NCBI GenBank assembly: GCA_001600815.1
Contig: BCKZ01000010.1
Location: 556,142 to 618,235, forward strand
DNA length: 62,094 nt
Source of the DNA: Alloascoidea hylecoeti
Lineage: Eukaryota
Reading direction: 5' to 3'
The stretch's first letter is position 1, and each line of letters starts with the position of its first letter. Of the stretch, positions 36,401-46,399 are shown piece after piece. A program made the position numbers and the translations under genes. Under the pieces are notes generated by a model. The model did not search any database. It saw only the letters and a list, made by a program, of their open reading frames with translations, and was not told the origin of the DNA.

Positions 36401-36797
36401 GTTTCATTTTGTTGTCTAATCGAGTATTTTGGTGAGGATGAGATCTGTTTCTCAGAACAGGTTTTCCCAGAGGTTTCTGTTCCGTCTTCGGATGCGCTGG
36501 CGTTGCGATGGAGGATTTATTATAGACGGGGATCAGAGAAGGAGAATTACTGCTGGCAGACATTGAAACGACCCGTCGTGGTAGTTTGGGTGGAGGGGTG
36601 CACTCCTCAGCTGGGGACGGCGCATCGTGGGCTCCTTGGGGGTTCTGGTCCTGGGGGACGGCCTGGGCGTCCTGGGGATCCTGCGGTGCCTGGGGCTGGG
36701 GGGCGGCCTGCTGCGCCTGTGGATGGGGGTGCGGCTGGGGGACGGGCAGCCTGGAGGAGGTCTGGGAAACGGGAAAGCTGAACAGCTCCATTTCCAT
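33432..36797 (-). CDS. Class-2 DYRK protein kinase (Pom1/Ppk15-like)
   Basis: NAPA-like 'SIYEKSEI...IYY', DH box 'NYGFDD...NY', 'GAGTFG', 'HCDLKPEN', 'DFGSSC' and 'YIQSRYYRAPEV'; long N/S/Q low-complexity tails. Confidence 0.92.
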   Translation of the reverse strand: MEMELFSFPVSQTSSRLPVPQPHPHPQAQQAAPQPQAPQDPQDAQAVPQDQNPQGAHDAPSPAEECTPPPKLPRRVVSMSASSNSPSLIPVYNKSSIATPAHPKTEQKPLGKPVLRNRSHPHQNTRLDNKMKRKSTLTTVKELKDQRYSQRTRTNVHMNASTRRAPSSKNITHNNNNNNNPNEFKRSPKTPTSITSRHHFSTANLRTPKSQSSTNISHKVSTTNNNHNLKTPSPQISISPTSKHHVTTAVTIKLSNLNLNSNSKTPIHNNNNNNNNNNNNNNNNNNRHISTEPRIRNVSSTLTATTASAKLKQKPKLKAKKIETKQQQPPTPKPISHNHTSSTTTINTPHYNNNKINTEQQFYEALKTCKHTKDPVLQSLSLNSSTSSSSSSSIPLNSLEVLDLYGTNMSIYEKSEINRFKQIYYTPPSLRNPSKSLTTFDPKYKQQQKQQQQQQQQSNINGITTKINSKNNYGFDDDEKNYITHKKDHISYRYEILSNLGAGTFGKVICCKDHKFNKIVAVKIIKNDMEWSLQSVYEIRILKQLFNKSSSSLNDNIKEDEKHILKYFDHFNFRGHMCIVTEFLSISLYQAIQSSNYYGFHLSMVKNWSKQLLLALNFLHDNGIIHCDLKPENILLKNPNSMDIKLIDFGSSCYENETSFIYIQSRYYRAPEVILGLKYGNSIDVWSFACVVAELYTGIPLFSGNCELEQLLLIIEVFGPPDKSIISKLNKFNEFFIPSSSSTSSSSQRRNISNNYSSVKSSSTSSSSINLKFNLPNLSKLNFKKPEYKDFNFKKYLNFKPSSKNLSKLLNTRNEIFLNFLNKCLKWDQEKRYSIKDCLNDVFINDGRSSSSSNNSSFINLNSLNNSDNENDLNIRSPTKIKKRTKANPTHDNNIIKHNNINTAQLPTTITNNNTTSIKLRSKSFLKSKNNNEQETKQTLTFSNLSKLPGNTNVKKHSHDSKSHVGIGYSSNYLRNNNNIKNLNNNNNQRYNYYHDTNDKRAPIPPPHGNDINKTIGGVNLLTSYGKFNNHFVGLKSNNINEKSHIQGHLKFSSSIDINNSNSNLTIRNHNNNDDDIEMGMEIEMDSEKSTERDENIDTNNTMVRGIVDLNSLRGRIRVKD

Positions 36798-36898
36798 TTA
36801 TTTTGATGATGGTGGAAGAAAGAAATAATTTGTTTTGTGCTGCAAACAAAAGTCAAAACAACCAAACACTTTTGTTCAAACGACAACTACTAAAAAAG

Positions 36899-37315
36899 AT
36901 GGAAAGAGAAGTGGAAGATATGGAAAAAGCTTCTACTCAGACGTTGTTGGAATATTTAATCCTCGCCCAGCTGGTCCACAAGAATGGGCCCGACAACTTT
37001 GAAAAAACCGCCAACGATTTCAACCAGCACAGAGCCATAAATATAAATTCCCCTTGGAGATCCGTGTCTCAACTTCAAGACACGTACGATCAATTATTAA
37101 CCTCCCTCAAAATCGATAAAAACTGTACTTTTGAAGATCATGGGATGAAATCTAAAAAGAAATCCTTGCCTTACGTTACAATATTGGCTCAAAAGCTTTA
37201 CTCCTCTTATTCTGAAAGATTATTCAATGAAATAAAACAAGATGAAGCTACTTTTCTTCAATTACATTCAAAAATTGAAGCTATACAAAAAGGTCAACTA
37301 GACAACACTTTATAA
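36899..37315 (+). CDS. Small protein resembling the Swc7/BRD8(Bdc1) N-terminal domain
   Basis: Pattern 'LILAQLV...G...F..H...Y..LL...LAQKLY...I..DE..F..L...I..I..G..D'. Probable ATG at 36899; the ORF opens from 36803. Confidence 0.55.
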   Translation: MEREVEDMEKASTQTLLEYLILAQLVHKNGPDNFEKTANDFNQHRAININSPWRSVSQLQDTYDQLLTSLKIDKNCTFEDHGMKSKKKSLPYVTILAQKLYSSYSERLFNEIKQDEATFLQLHSKIEAIQKGQLDNTL

Positions 37316-39047
37316 TTCTTCTTATGAGTTGAAATGATCAGACAACTATCAACAACTACAATCTGTCGTAGCAAACAAGTAAAACTTTGATTATATACAA
37401 ATCCTACCCCTTTTACCCCGAATATCTTTCACTGTTTTACCTTAAGTTTGTATAGTTCCCTTTCTAATGGAATCTAATGGAAACCCCTCAAAAGTCACCA
37501 ATACTTAGGCCATTGACACGAGAATACCTACAGACATGAATTCGTCAGCTGAAGTAAGTGTCGCCTACTTCACTAAACAACTTTAAATTCACATTTTACA
37601 ATCACATGTACCTTTCCCACTATAATTTTTAAATTTTAATAAACTTCTTACACATTCTAATACATATTTGTTAGTTACTGTTTTCGTCATACAGTCACAA
37701 CACCAAATACGAAAACAGAACAATTGATGTTGATATGATCATTCTCTGATGACGTTTTAAGCTAACAAAGAAAACATTGCTTCAAATGACTATAATGAAG
37801 GATATATTCACATCGATTAAACTCTAAACGGGTAGTATTATTTACTAATAAAGGTGCTTCCTCTGGAACTATTATGATGAATCAACAGAATGTTTCATAT
37901 TAAGTAAATGTAACTAACTCAACTTGAAAAATAGCTTTTTGAATGGTGCTCCGTCTGAAAATACTGTATATAGAAAACCCGCTGTTAGCAAAATATAAAA
38001 GGAATAAGAACTTGATTAGTGAAGTTTGTGAAATAAACCCTGATTAATATTGCTATAACCCAGGACAAACAATTTAAAACCAGAATGTAATATATAAGAA
38101 TAATGCAAGGAACAGTTATATTAGTAAAATACCGAATCCGATAGTGTTATATTGTAGTAGTTCTTTTAACGATGATACTTCTATGTAGGTATTGGAAACA
38201 AATACAAAATACACTACTAAATCTACTGATCCACATGAGTAAAAGAAATTCAGATGAATAAATTAATGTTCATAAATAGTTCTACAGAAGGCACTTTTGT
38301 CAGCAATGTATAGAGTTTCACTAATTCAAATACTGCTGTGTTTATCTCAATATCGATAATAATTATTTTGTTTTGTTTTGTTTTTGTTTTCATAGATTCC
38401 ACTTAATGTTCGGCCATGTGACGATAGTTAATCACGTGGTATGAGGTTTATTCAATGGTTCAGGTTTGGTAAACAATTGTACAACATGTAGACGAATATT
38501 TCGCTTAAATTGTAGCCGAATATTTACTCTACTATGTGGCCTGAATGAAGTATAATAATAAATGCTATAAATTTGCATATACCCATTTATAATTGTAACA
38601 CCCAAACAAAAAATTATGTAAATATTCCTTAAATCGTAGTCTTAATATTTACCTTCTTTAAATATAAGGTCTGTTATGATTAAGATTAATTTATTCTTTG
38701 CCATCATTTTAACCAGGTATATTATCTTTTTATAAGAGATTATAACGATATATCTGTTTTTAAATAATGGCAATTAATTCTTCTTCTTCTTCTTCTTCTT
38801 CAGAGGGAATGGTTAAGTTAAAAAATATTGAAATTGATTTGGTTGATTATTATACTAGTTATTATGAATGTTTAAACAGAAAAGAAAATAAATTTCGTAG
38901 ACTTCGTGATATATAATATTAAGAAATAAATAATTAAAGAAAATTAAAAAAAAGAAAAAATTAAAAGATTGAAAGAAAGTGTCCTTGTACCCTAAACTTT
39001 CAAAATCCACATATAATTAATAATTTGTAATATTATTTTGTTATTGT

Positions 39048-40709
39048 TTAATCAGAATCATCTTCTGAATATGATAATAAACTACTTTTTTCTGTTGTTT
39101 CATTCTCACCATTTGGTTTCTTTTTATTCTTATTTTTACTTGGATTTGAATTAATAAATGGATCATTTTCATTTTCATCTTCATCTTCTATTATATTTTT
39201 TTCAGGTTCAACAACAATTGGTTTATCATCAAATCTTAAACTTTTCCGTCTTGAATGATCACTAATTTCTGATTCAACACCACTACTATAAGCACTATTA
39301 ATACTATTTTGTTTTTGATGTTGCCTTTGTTGTTGGGAATCAATTGTTTCTAATTCAGGCATAACAATTGGTGATTTTAAAATTTCATTATTAACAGGTA
39401 TTAATTCAGCAGTTCTAATCCATCTTCTTCTTCTTGTATATTTACCAAATGAATCTTCAGAACTTGGTTTTTTCCATGTATTATCATAATATATAAAACC
39501 TTCATCTCTATCTGGATCAGGAGTTGTTGTTGTTTTCTTCTTCTTCATTTTCTTTTCACCATTGTTATTTGTAATTAAAGAATTATTTATTATTAATGCT
39601 CCATCATTAGTTAAATCTAATTTCCAAGTATTATCAACCCATCTCCATTGTGATGAAGAATCAGGAGCAGCAGGTAATTTATATAAATCAGGAGATGGTA
39701 CTTCATTTAAAAATTCATCAGTCCATGGGGTTCTTTCATATGATAATAAATTTGATGTCCAACCAATACCTAACCATCTTCTTTGATTTTCATAAACAAC
39801 ATAAGTAAAACGAACAGGTTTACCATCAGTTGATTGAACACCAATTGAATTTGATGAATAAACATTTCCAATTTTTTTTTTACCTTGAAAATCAACACCA
39901 GTTAAATAAAAACAAAATAATCTAATAAATCTTAATTTCCATAATAAGTCTCTTGTTATTTTTGACCATGTTGAATGATAAGTTAAAAAAATTAATCCAT
40001 AAATTAATATTAAAGTTCTTGTATTGAATAAAAAGAATGATAATAAAATATAAATTGGTGACATAAAAATGGTTGTAAATAATAATCTTCTAATATCATA
40101 TTGTGTTAATTGTAGTTGAGTAATTGGTGATAATAAAATTTCTAATCGAATATTTAAACTTGATAATGTTAAAACAATATCATCTAAAGTTGATTGTTTT
40201 TTCATTTTTGAAGAAATTGATTCATGTATCCAGAAATAACTACCAATTAAACCAATTGAAAAAATATGACCAAAATAAACAACCAAAACTTCAAAATATA
40301 ACACTATTAATATATAAGCAATCACTACTAAAACACCTAACCAAACATCATCACCACTCCATGTTAAAACACTTAATACTTTATCAACAGAAATTAAAAA
40401 AGGTTGTGATCTTGTAAGAGCTTTTGTAATTGACGGAGGAGTCGATGATAATAAAGGTGATGCTTTAGGTAAATGATCAACAGTTTTAGCTGCAAATGAT
40501 GCTCTAACAGCAACTGGTTGTGAAGCTAAAGTTGTGGAGGAAGTAGCGGACAAAGGAGCCGGGGGCGTAGAAATAGAACCAGGGCCTACCGATGATGGAG
40601 ATGATGTTGAAGGTTTTTCATTTGATGACATTGAAACTGATGATTTAAAACTTGATCCTTTCAACGTTTTGGAGATCGAAGAAGAAAGACTTTTATGATG
40701 TGATCCCAT
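39048..40709 (-). CDS. PEX23: Pex23/Pex30-type peroxin with dysferlin domain
   Basis: 'SPLLSSTPP', 'LTW', 'RFTYVVYENQRRWLGIGW', 'WRWVD..WKLD' and 'YTRRRRWIRTAEL'. Confidence 0.92.
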   Translation of the reverse strand: MGSHHKSLSSSISKTLKGSSFKSSVSMSSNEKPSTSSPSSVGPGSISTPPAPLSATSSTTLASQPVAVRASFAAKTVDHLPKASPLLSSTPPSITKALTRSQPFLISVDKVLSVLTWSGDDVWLGVLVVIAYILIVLYFEVLVVYFGHIFSIGLIGSYFWIHESISSKMKKQSTLDDIVLTLSSLNIRLEILLSPITQLQLTQYDIRRLLFTTIFMSPIYILLSFFLFNTRTLILIYGLIFLTYHSTWSKITRDLLWKLRFIRLFCFYLTGVDFQGKKKIGNVYSSNSIGVQSTDGKPVRFTYVVYENQRRWLGIGWTSNLLSYERTPWTDEFLNEVPSPDLYKLPAAPDSSSQWRWVDNTWKLDLTNDGALIINNSLITNNNGEKKMKKKKTTTTPDPDRDEGFIYYDNTWKKPSSEDSFGKYTRRRRWIRTAELIPVNNEILKSPIVMPELETIDSQQQRQHQKQNSINSAYSSGVESEISDHSRRKSLRFDDKPIVVEPEKNIIEDEDENENDPFINSNPSKNKNKKKPNGENETTEKSSLLSYSEDDSD

Positions 40710-40954
40710 TTAAATATTTTTAATCAATTGCAAGTGTTAAATTAAATTGGAGGTTGCGTTTTGCCTATAAATATTGCAGTCTCAGGTTTACCCTCACTTA
40801 ATCATTACAATACAATTCTTGTTAAACCAATATTAACTGGGGTTTCAAATTCTAATTTGTGACATGAGTCGGTAATTTCTATTGAAAAGAAACCCATACA
40901 ATGATAACTGTTAATGATAAGAAATGGGTCGAAATATATTATTTATTTAATTTC

Positions 40955-40984
40955 TGGTGTCGGTGAGGGATTGAACCTGCGACC
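40955..40984 (-). promoter_or_regulatory. Isolated tRNA-type B-box / tRNA 3'-half-like sequence
   Basis: Minus strand GGTCGCAGGTTCAATCCCTCACCGACACCA; no pairing 5' tRNA half. Confidence 0.45.
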
Positions 40985-41024
40985 CAAGGTAGGCCGCCAC
41001 ACGTTACCTGTAACCCGGCTTAAA

Positions 41025-41543
41025 CCTCAAATCACAAATAATGATAGTGATAAACAATTCTATGTACAAACACATAATGGTACAAAAGAAGGTTATTTAT
41101 ATCTTATTAAGAATTACATTGTATTTGGTATGAAAAAACCAATTTTTGTTAATTTATTAGAAATTGATGAAATATCTTATTCTTCAATTACAAGATTAAC
41201 TTTTAGTATTAATAGTAAATTAAATGATAAATTTGAAAATAAAAAATATGAATTTAGTATGATTGATCATGATGAATTTTCAATTATTGATAATATATAA
41301 TTATATTAAAGAGAATAAAATAAATGATAAAAGTTGAAGTGATGAATTAAAAGCAAAATTTCAGCTAAAAAATTCAAATTTTGGTAATGCAAGTCAGCAA
41401 GTCAGTTAATTAATGATATGGAGGATGATGAGGATTATGCCGATTTCGATATTAAAGGTGATGAATCAAATTCAGATTCTAATACCGATGAGGATGATGA
41501 GGAAAGTTCTATGGATGGATCCGAGGCCGAAGAAGAACAATAA
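41025..41543 (+). pseudogene. RTT106: RTT106 histone chaperone pseudogene (PH domain plus acidic tail)
   Basis: 'HNGTKEGYLY...VFGMKKPI...ISYSSITRLTF...KYEFSMID', then a frameshift near 41295, 'DKS*SDELKAK' (TGA at 41335-41337), and a D/E-rich tail ending in TAA at 41543. Confidence 0.85.
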
Positions 41544-42642
41544 GAAATATCAATACTTTTATAAAAAGTGATATAACATCTCCATTCATAGTAGCTAGTA
41601 ATTATATAGAAAACAAGTAGATTAATTATATTTTTCTGTTAACGTTAATATTTAATAATATATTATATATGACATTATATCCGGTATTATATTTTGCTTA
41701 TGTTTTTTTCTTTATCTGTTTGGTTTGTAGCTGCTCTACTTTCTTTGAATTTTGATGAGTGTTTTAACCAAATGGTGTTGTTCTTTTGCAATTGCAATAT
41801 TTAGAATATACTCCTGATTTATCTACGCTACTTATTTCCCTTCCGTAACAAAAAAAGGAAAGATTAGCTGATGAATTAAAGGATAATTATATTACGCGAA
41901 GTTTCTGATGGTTAAATTTATATCATGACCTCAAGTTTGGATTAATAAACATTTATTATAGGTACGTATTAAAGATGAAATATTCAAACAATAATTATAT
42001 AATTAATATTATATATGATAATTCCTAAAGAAAACAGTATACAAGGATGTCTATGAATTTAAAAGTACTTGCAAAATCTAAAATATATAAATAAAGAAAC
42101 GCTTAAAAAGGGGGAGGATAAAAAGAGATAATCTTAAAATAATGTATTAATCAAAAGTTTTTAAACAAATATTGTAAAAAATAGAAAGAGATAGAATAAT
42201 ATACTAATCCTCATAAGAATAACAAAAAATAATTGTAATTGTAATTTTATAATCTAATGTCAATATGTCAATATAGAACAAAGGTATACATACCAATAAG
42301 TCAAAAGAAAAGAATAGTAATAAAACAAACAATTTGACTTTAACTTCAGTCTGAACCCCATATATATATAAAATATACCTTTAAATTTGAATAGTATTGT
42401 AACAGTAGTAAAAAAAAAAATGAAATATGATGTAGTAATAACTGAATGTAGTTGTATAATATATAATGTATTGTAATACAATCTTGATTGAATTGATGAA
42501 AGAAACCAATAATAAAATATTGAAAAAATATTGGAAAAATATTGAAAAAAAAGGAAAGGAGAACAAAAAGTAAAATAATGGTTAATCCATGCTAGATTTC
42601 TTTAGTAGGATTTTTATTTTAGTTTCTTTTTTTAATCATTAA

Positions 42643-45600
42643 TTAATGATTCTTAGTAGATAAAATACTTTTCAATTCAGAAAGCATACTATCATTAATT
42701 GCATCAATACATTCTGACCCATTATCTTTTTTATTTTTTATTTTTAAATCTCTATCACCATCAATATCTTTACCTTCTAATTTTTCTAAAGATAATCCTC
42801 TTTCCATATCCATAATTGAATTTGAAAAAACTCTATTAAACCCACCATCATCTTCATCATTTTCTTCATCATTTTCTTCATAATCATAAGTTGATGTTGA
42901 AGCAGCTGCAGAATTTGTACTTGGGATAATAAAATTATTATTTGATAATGGTGGTACTTTTCTATGAAGACTAAGTCGTCTTAATCCATCCCATTCAACT
43001 TCTCGTTTACCTGATGATGGTGTTAATAACAAATCTGCTGATGAAGTAGTTGATGATCTATGACGATGTTTATTTGAAGATGGTGAGCAAGGTAAAATAT
43101 TATTAACATTAATAGTTAATGGAGTAATTGAATTACTTGATGATCTTAAACTTTTATTAAATCTTAAATGATTTAATAATTCTGGATTATGATTACCTAT
43201 ATCAGGATATATTTTCTTCTTAGGAGATTTTGAATTAGATCTAGATTTAGAAATCATTTTCAAATTTTTCAAATCTTCATTAGATTTTGTTGATTGTTTG
43301 TTAACTGTTGATGATGATTCAATTATTGATAATGAAGGTAATGGATTAATATTATTGTTATTATCAAAGTCAAAATTTAAATTTAAAATTGATAATTTAT
43401 CATTTAATTTTTTTTTAAAATCATTATCATTTTCATTTCCAGGTCTAATTGTTTTATTAAATTTTATAATATTATCATCATTTTCATCTAAATCACCAAC
43501 TATTTTTGAATTTTCATTATATGGATAATGAAATGATGATTCAACATGTAATGTTGATGATAAATCATCATCTTCTTCTTGATGTTCATAATTATTGAAA
43601 TTTTCAACTTCATTATTTGATTGTTGTGTGAATTCAACTGGTTCTTCAAGATTACCAATTGTAGTATTACTATTATTACTATTATTACTAATATTCGAAA
43701 TATTTGATTTATTATCATTCATTGTAAATGATGAAGAAGAATTTTTGGAATTTGAATTTGAATTTGAATTTGAATTTGAATTTGAAATAATATTTTTACC
43801 TTTATCCCAAATATCAATTAGATTCTTCAATTCAATTCCAATTGTTTCATATTCTTTTGATAATTCATTGTATTCATTTCCATGTTCACGTTCATTTTCA
43901 TGTTCATGTTCATGATCATTATAATCTTCTTTAAATAATAACATTCTTGCCTCAATATGTCGTAATTTAACCCCTAATGAATTCATAACATTTAAAGTTT
44001 CATTCCTATTTTCATTTAAATTTGAATTTTTTTTATTTCTATTTTTATTTAAATTTTTTGAAATTTCAGGAATTGAATTCAAAAATCCATCATTATTTTT
44101 TTCATTTGTTGATAAAAAATCATTTTTAACAACATTCATAATCATTTCTAAATTTTTAAAAACATCATTAATATATTTTAATTCTTTTGAAATTAATCGA
44201 CATGTTCTAATACTTCCGATTCCATTTCCAATATTACTACTAGTACTCTTAGTGGTATTATTAGTTGGCTTTTTCTTATTCCAAAAGTTTTTTAAATTTA
44301 ATCCAAATCCTTCATCATTATGATCATGTCTAAAAGGAGATTCAGAATCCATACAACCATTTGAATTTATAGATGAATTTAATTTAATAGCCATAAAACC
44401 AATAATCATTAATTTACGTAAATTTTGAAATCTTAAAATAATTTTAGTTAAAAAATCAATTGATAAATAATTTCCTTTTGAACCCATAAATAATGATTTT
44501 TTATCAATTAATTGATTATTTGCCTTTGATAATAAAGTATTTATATGATTCACCGAGTTTATTGGAGTATTATTGTTATTAGAAGAAAATAAAGAGGATG
44601 ATGTACTTGAAGAAAATGAAGATATTGATGATGCTTGATTATGATTATGATTATGATTATTATAAAAATTTGTACGATGTGGAAAATTTAATGCTGTTGT
44701 TGATAATGGTACATTGTTTGATTGAATTGATGAAGGTGACGATGTATTTTGAAAAGGTGGATCTATTTCAAGATTTGATAAAGCACGTTGATGAAGATTA
44801 AATTTCTTTAAACCTGGTGTTTTATTAATATTTGAATTGACAACATTATTAGTACTTGTACTAATAGTAGTTGTTGTGTTATTATTTATTATTTTTGAAG
44901 GAGTTGATAAATATAATTCATCAAAATCTTCTAATTCAATATCAAAATCATTATTATCATCTTCTTCATCTTCAATTTCATTTTCAAAATCTTTTATTAA
45001 TGAATTTAAATCTAATTCATAAATATCACAATATTTTTCTAAATCTTGTTGAGATATAATTTCATCATTAAATAAAACATTTATAACATGATAAATACTA
45101 ATTAAAGATAAATATAAAGAACTTGAAATTGAAGATCTTAATATTTTTAATCTTTTAATATCTTTTTTTTTTTCAATTCTTGTAATTGGAGGTATAAAAT
45201 GTTTATTTGTATTAGTATTAACAGGAATATTATAACCTCTGGATATTAATTCAGCATCTTTTATTAATAATAAAAAATCATTTAATATTGAATCGAATTT
45301 TAAAGAATTTGAAATCATTTTTCGGGTGAGGTTTAAAATTATTTTTCGAATCAATCGAAGGATCATCTTATTTTGTTGTTTATAAGATAACAAAGCAACA
45401 CAAGTTGTTATTAAAATGATAGACAATGCTTTCAAGTTTCTATGATTTGAATAATAAGAATATGAAGGCTTTAAATGTAAAGCCCAGGATAATAAAAGGC
45501 CAATCAATATAATTGTTGTTGGTTTTACAGATGAAGTTATAACATATTTTGTTTCATAAGATATAAAAGAAAGTCCTAATTTATACCACTTTGATTGTAA

Positions 45601-46062
45601 TTGCTTACTAGCATTTGTAAATTTGAAATTATTGTTCTGATTAGATTTTCTAGAAGTTGGGATATTTTGGTCTAATAACTGGGATGATATTAAAAGGTAC
45701 CTAAATTGGTCCAAAAACTGGATATTTTCCTGCATTGGTAGAGACATGTCTAGCAACTTATGAACAAGAGAGTCAAACCTAGGATACTTCTTTTGTGAAT
45801 GGGATATCCTTGGGATTAAGGGGGTGGAGGCTGTTGAAGCAGAATGGTCAGAGGTTGAGAATGGATTGGAAACGACAGAAACAGATGAGTGTGTGCTGCG
45901 CGAGTGCGGATGCGGGTGTGTCTGTGGGAGGCCCTTTGGGGACGTGTGCATGTGTCTAGGGAGACCTCTGAGGGTTGGAGTGACGGAGGGCTCTATTCCC
46001 CAGTCCGAGGCGGCCAGGTATTCCATAAAGGCTGTGGAGAAGATCAAGCAAAAGACCTCCAT
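42643..46062 (-). CDS. Vezatin/Inp2-family myosin-adaptor-like membrane protein
   Basis: 'F.EYL' near the N-terminus, 'FLDQFRYLLISSQLL', two TM segments, 'ELISRGY' and terminal 'ELKSIL'. Probable ATG at 46062; the ORF extends to 46185. Confidence 0.7.
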   Translation of the reverse strand: MEVFCLIFSTAFMEYLAASDWGIEPSVTPTLRGLPRHMHTSPKGLPQTHPHPHSRSTHSSVSVVSNPFSTSDHSASTASTPLIPRISHSQKKYPRFDSLVHKLLDMSLPMQENIQFLDQFRYLLISSQLLDQNIPTSRKSNQNNNFKFTNASKQLQSKWYKLGLSFISYETKYVITSSVKPTTIILIGLLLSWALHLKPSYSYYSNHRNLKALSIILITTCVALLSYKQQNKMILRLIRKIILNLTRKMISNSLKFDSILNDFLLLIKDAELISRGYNIPVNTNTNKHFIPPITRIEKKKDIKRLKILRSSISSSLYLSLISIYHVINVLFNDEIISQQDLEKYCDIYELDLNSLIKDFENEIEDEEDDNNDFDIELEDFDELYLSTPSKIINNNTTTTISTSTNNVVNSNINKTPGLKKFNLHQRALSNLEIDPPFQNTSSPSSIQSNNVPLSTTALNFPHRTNFYNNHNHNHNQASSISSFSSSTSSSLFSSNNNNTPINSVNHINTLLSKANNQLIDKKSLFMGSKGNYLSIDFLTKIILRFQNLRKLMIIGFMAIKLNSSINSNGCMDSESPFRHDHNDEGFGLNLKNFWNKKKPTNNTTKSTSSNIGNGIGSIRTCRLISKELKYINDVFKNLEMIMNVVKNDFLSTNEKNNDGFLNSIPEISKNLNKNRNKKNSNLNENRNETLNVMNSLGVKLRHIEARMLLFKEDYNDHEHEHENEREHGNEYNELSKEYETIGIELKNLIDIWDKGKNIISNSNSNSNSNSNSKNSSSSFTMNDNKSNISNISNNSNNSNTTIGNLEEPVEFTQQSNNEVENFNNYEHQEEDDDLSSTLHVESSFHYPYNENSKIVGDLDENDDNIIKFNKTIRPGNENDNDFKKKLNDKLSILNLNFDFDNNNNINPLPSLSIIESSSTVNKQSTKSNEDLKNLKMISKSRSNSKSPKKKIYPDIGNHNPELLNHLRFNKSLRSSSNSITPLTINVNNILPCSPSSNKHRHRSSTTSSADLLLTPSSGKREVEWDGLRRLSLHRKVPPLSNNNFIIPSTNSAAASTSTYDYEENDEENDEDDGGFNRVFSNSIMDMERGLSLEKLEGKDIDGDRDLKIKNKKDNGSECIDAINDSMLSELKSILSTKNH

Positions 46063-46136
46063 AATGTTTTCTGTGGGTCTACGAGCTGCGCGTTGCCCCG
46101 GTAACAACGGGTCCGTTGACCAGCCCCTCCATAATA

Positions 46137-46165
46137 GGTCCCAGGTTCGATTCCCACAGGTCGCA
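46137..46165 (+). promoter_or_regulatory. Isolated tRNA-type B-box / tRNA 3'-half-like sequence
   Basis: GGTCCCAGGTTCGATTCCCACAGGTCGCA with a consensus B-box GGTTCGATTCC at 46144-46154; no cloverleaf. Confidence 0.5.
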
Positions 46166-46399
46166 TGTGTTATCATACTGTTCATGAATTATTTAATTAG
46201 TATTCCAGGAAGAGTTCGGTAAATATAGGTTGGGGGGTGTCATGGCACTTGAGATATCGATGATGTTGTATTTAAATTTAGTGTTCGGTCGTTTCAGATT
46301 CATGCTCTACAACAGTGATACAAAGCCTTTGAATCAAAAAATATTTATAGTGTAGGGACGAGAGGGGCATCTGAGTTTGTGAATCTTATGGTATGGGTA

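Noticed and set aside
36503..36886. Several overlapping GC-rich ORFs (92, 117, 80 and 80 aa)
   Set aside because: Shadow frames caused by stop-codon scarcity in the GC spike of the kinase 5' end.
37460..38300. Possible intron-containing gene relic (GTAAGT at ~37553, TTCTAAT...TAG at ~37655-37674)
   Set aside because: The flanking frames contain stops and no recognisable protein; too weak to call.
13937..40709. Two Pex23-family genes as a cluster or recent duplication
   Set aside because: They belong to different ancient subfamilies, lie 23 kb apart and show no evident DNA similarity.
40914..41300. 128-aa ORF as a functional small RTT106
   Set aside because: The N-terminus is unrelated sequence, and homology continues past its stop through a frameshift and an in-frame TGA.
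45824..46222. 132-aa and 71-aa plus-strand ORFs
   Set aside because: Antisense shadows in a GC spike; no motifs.
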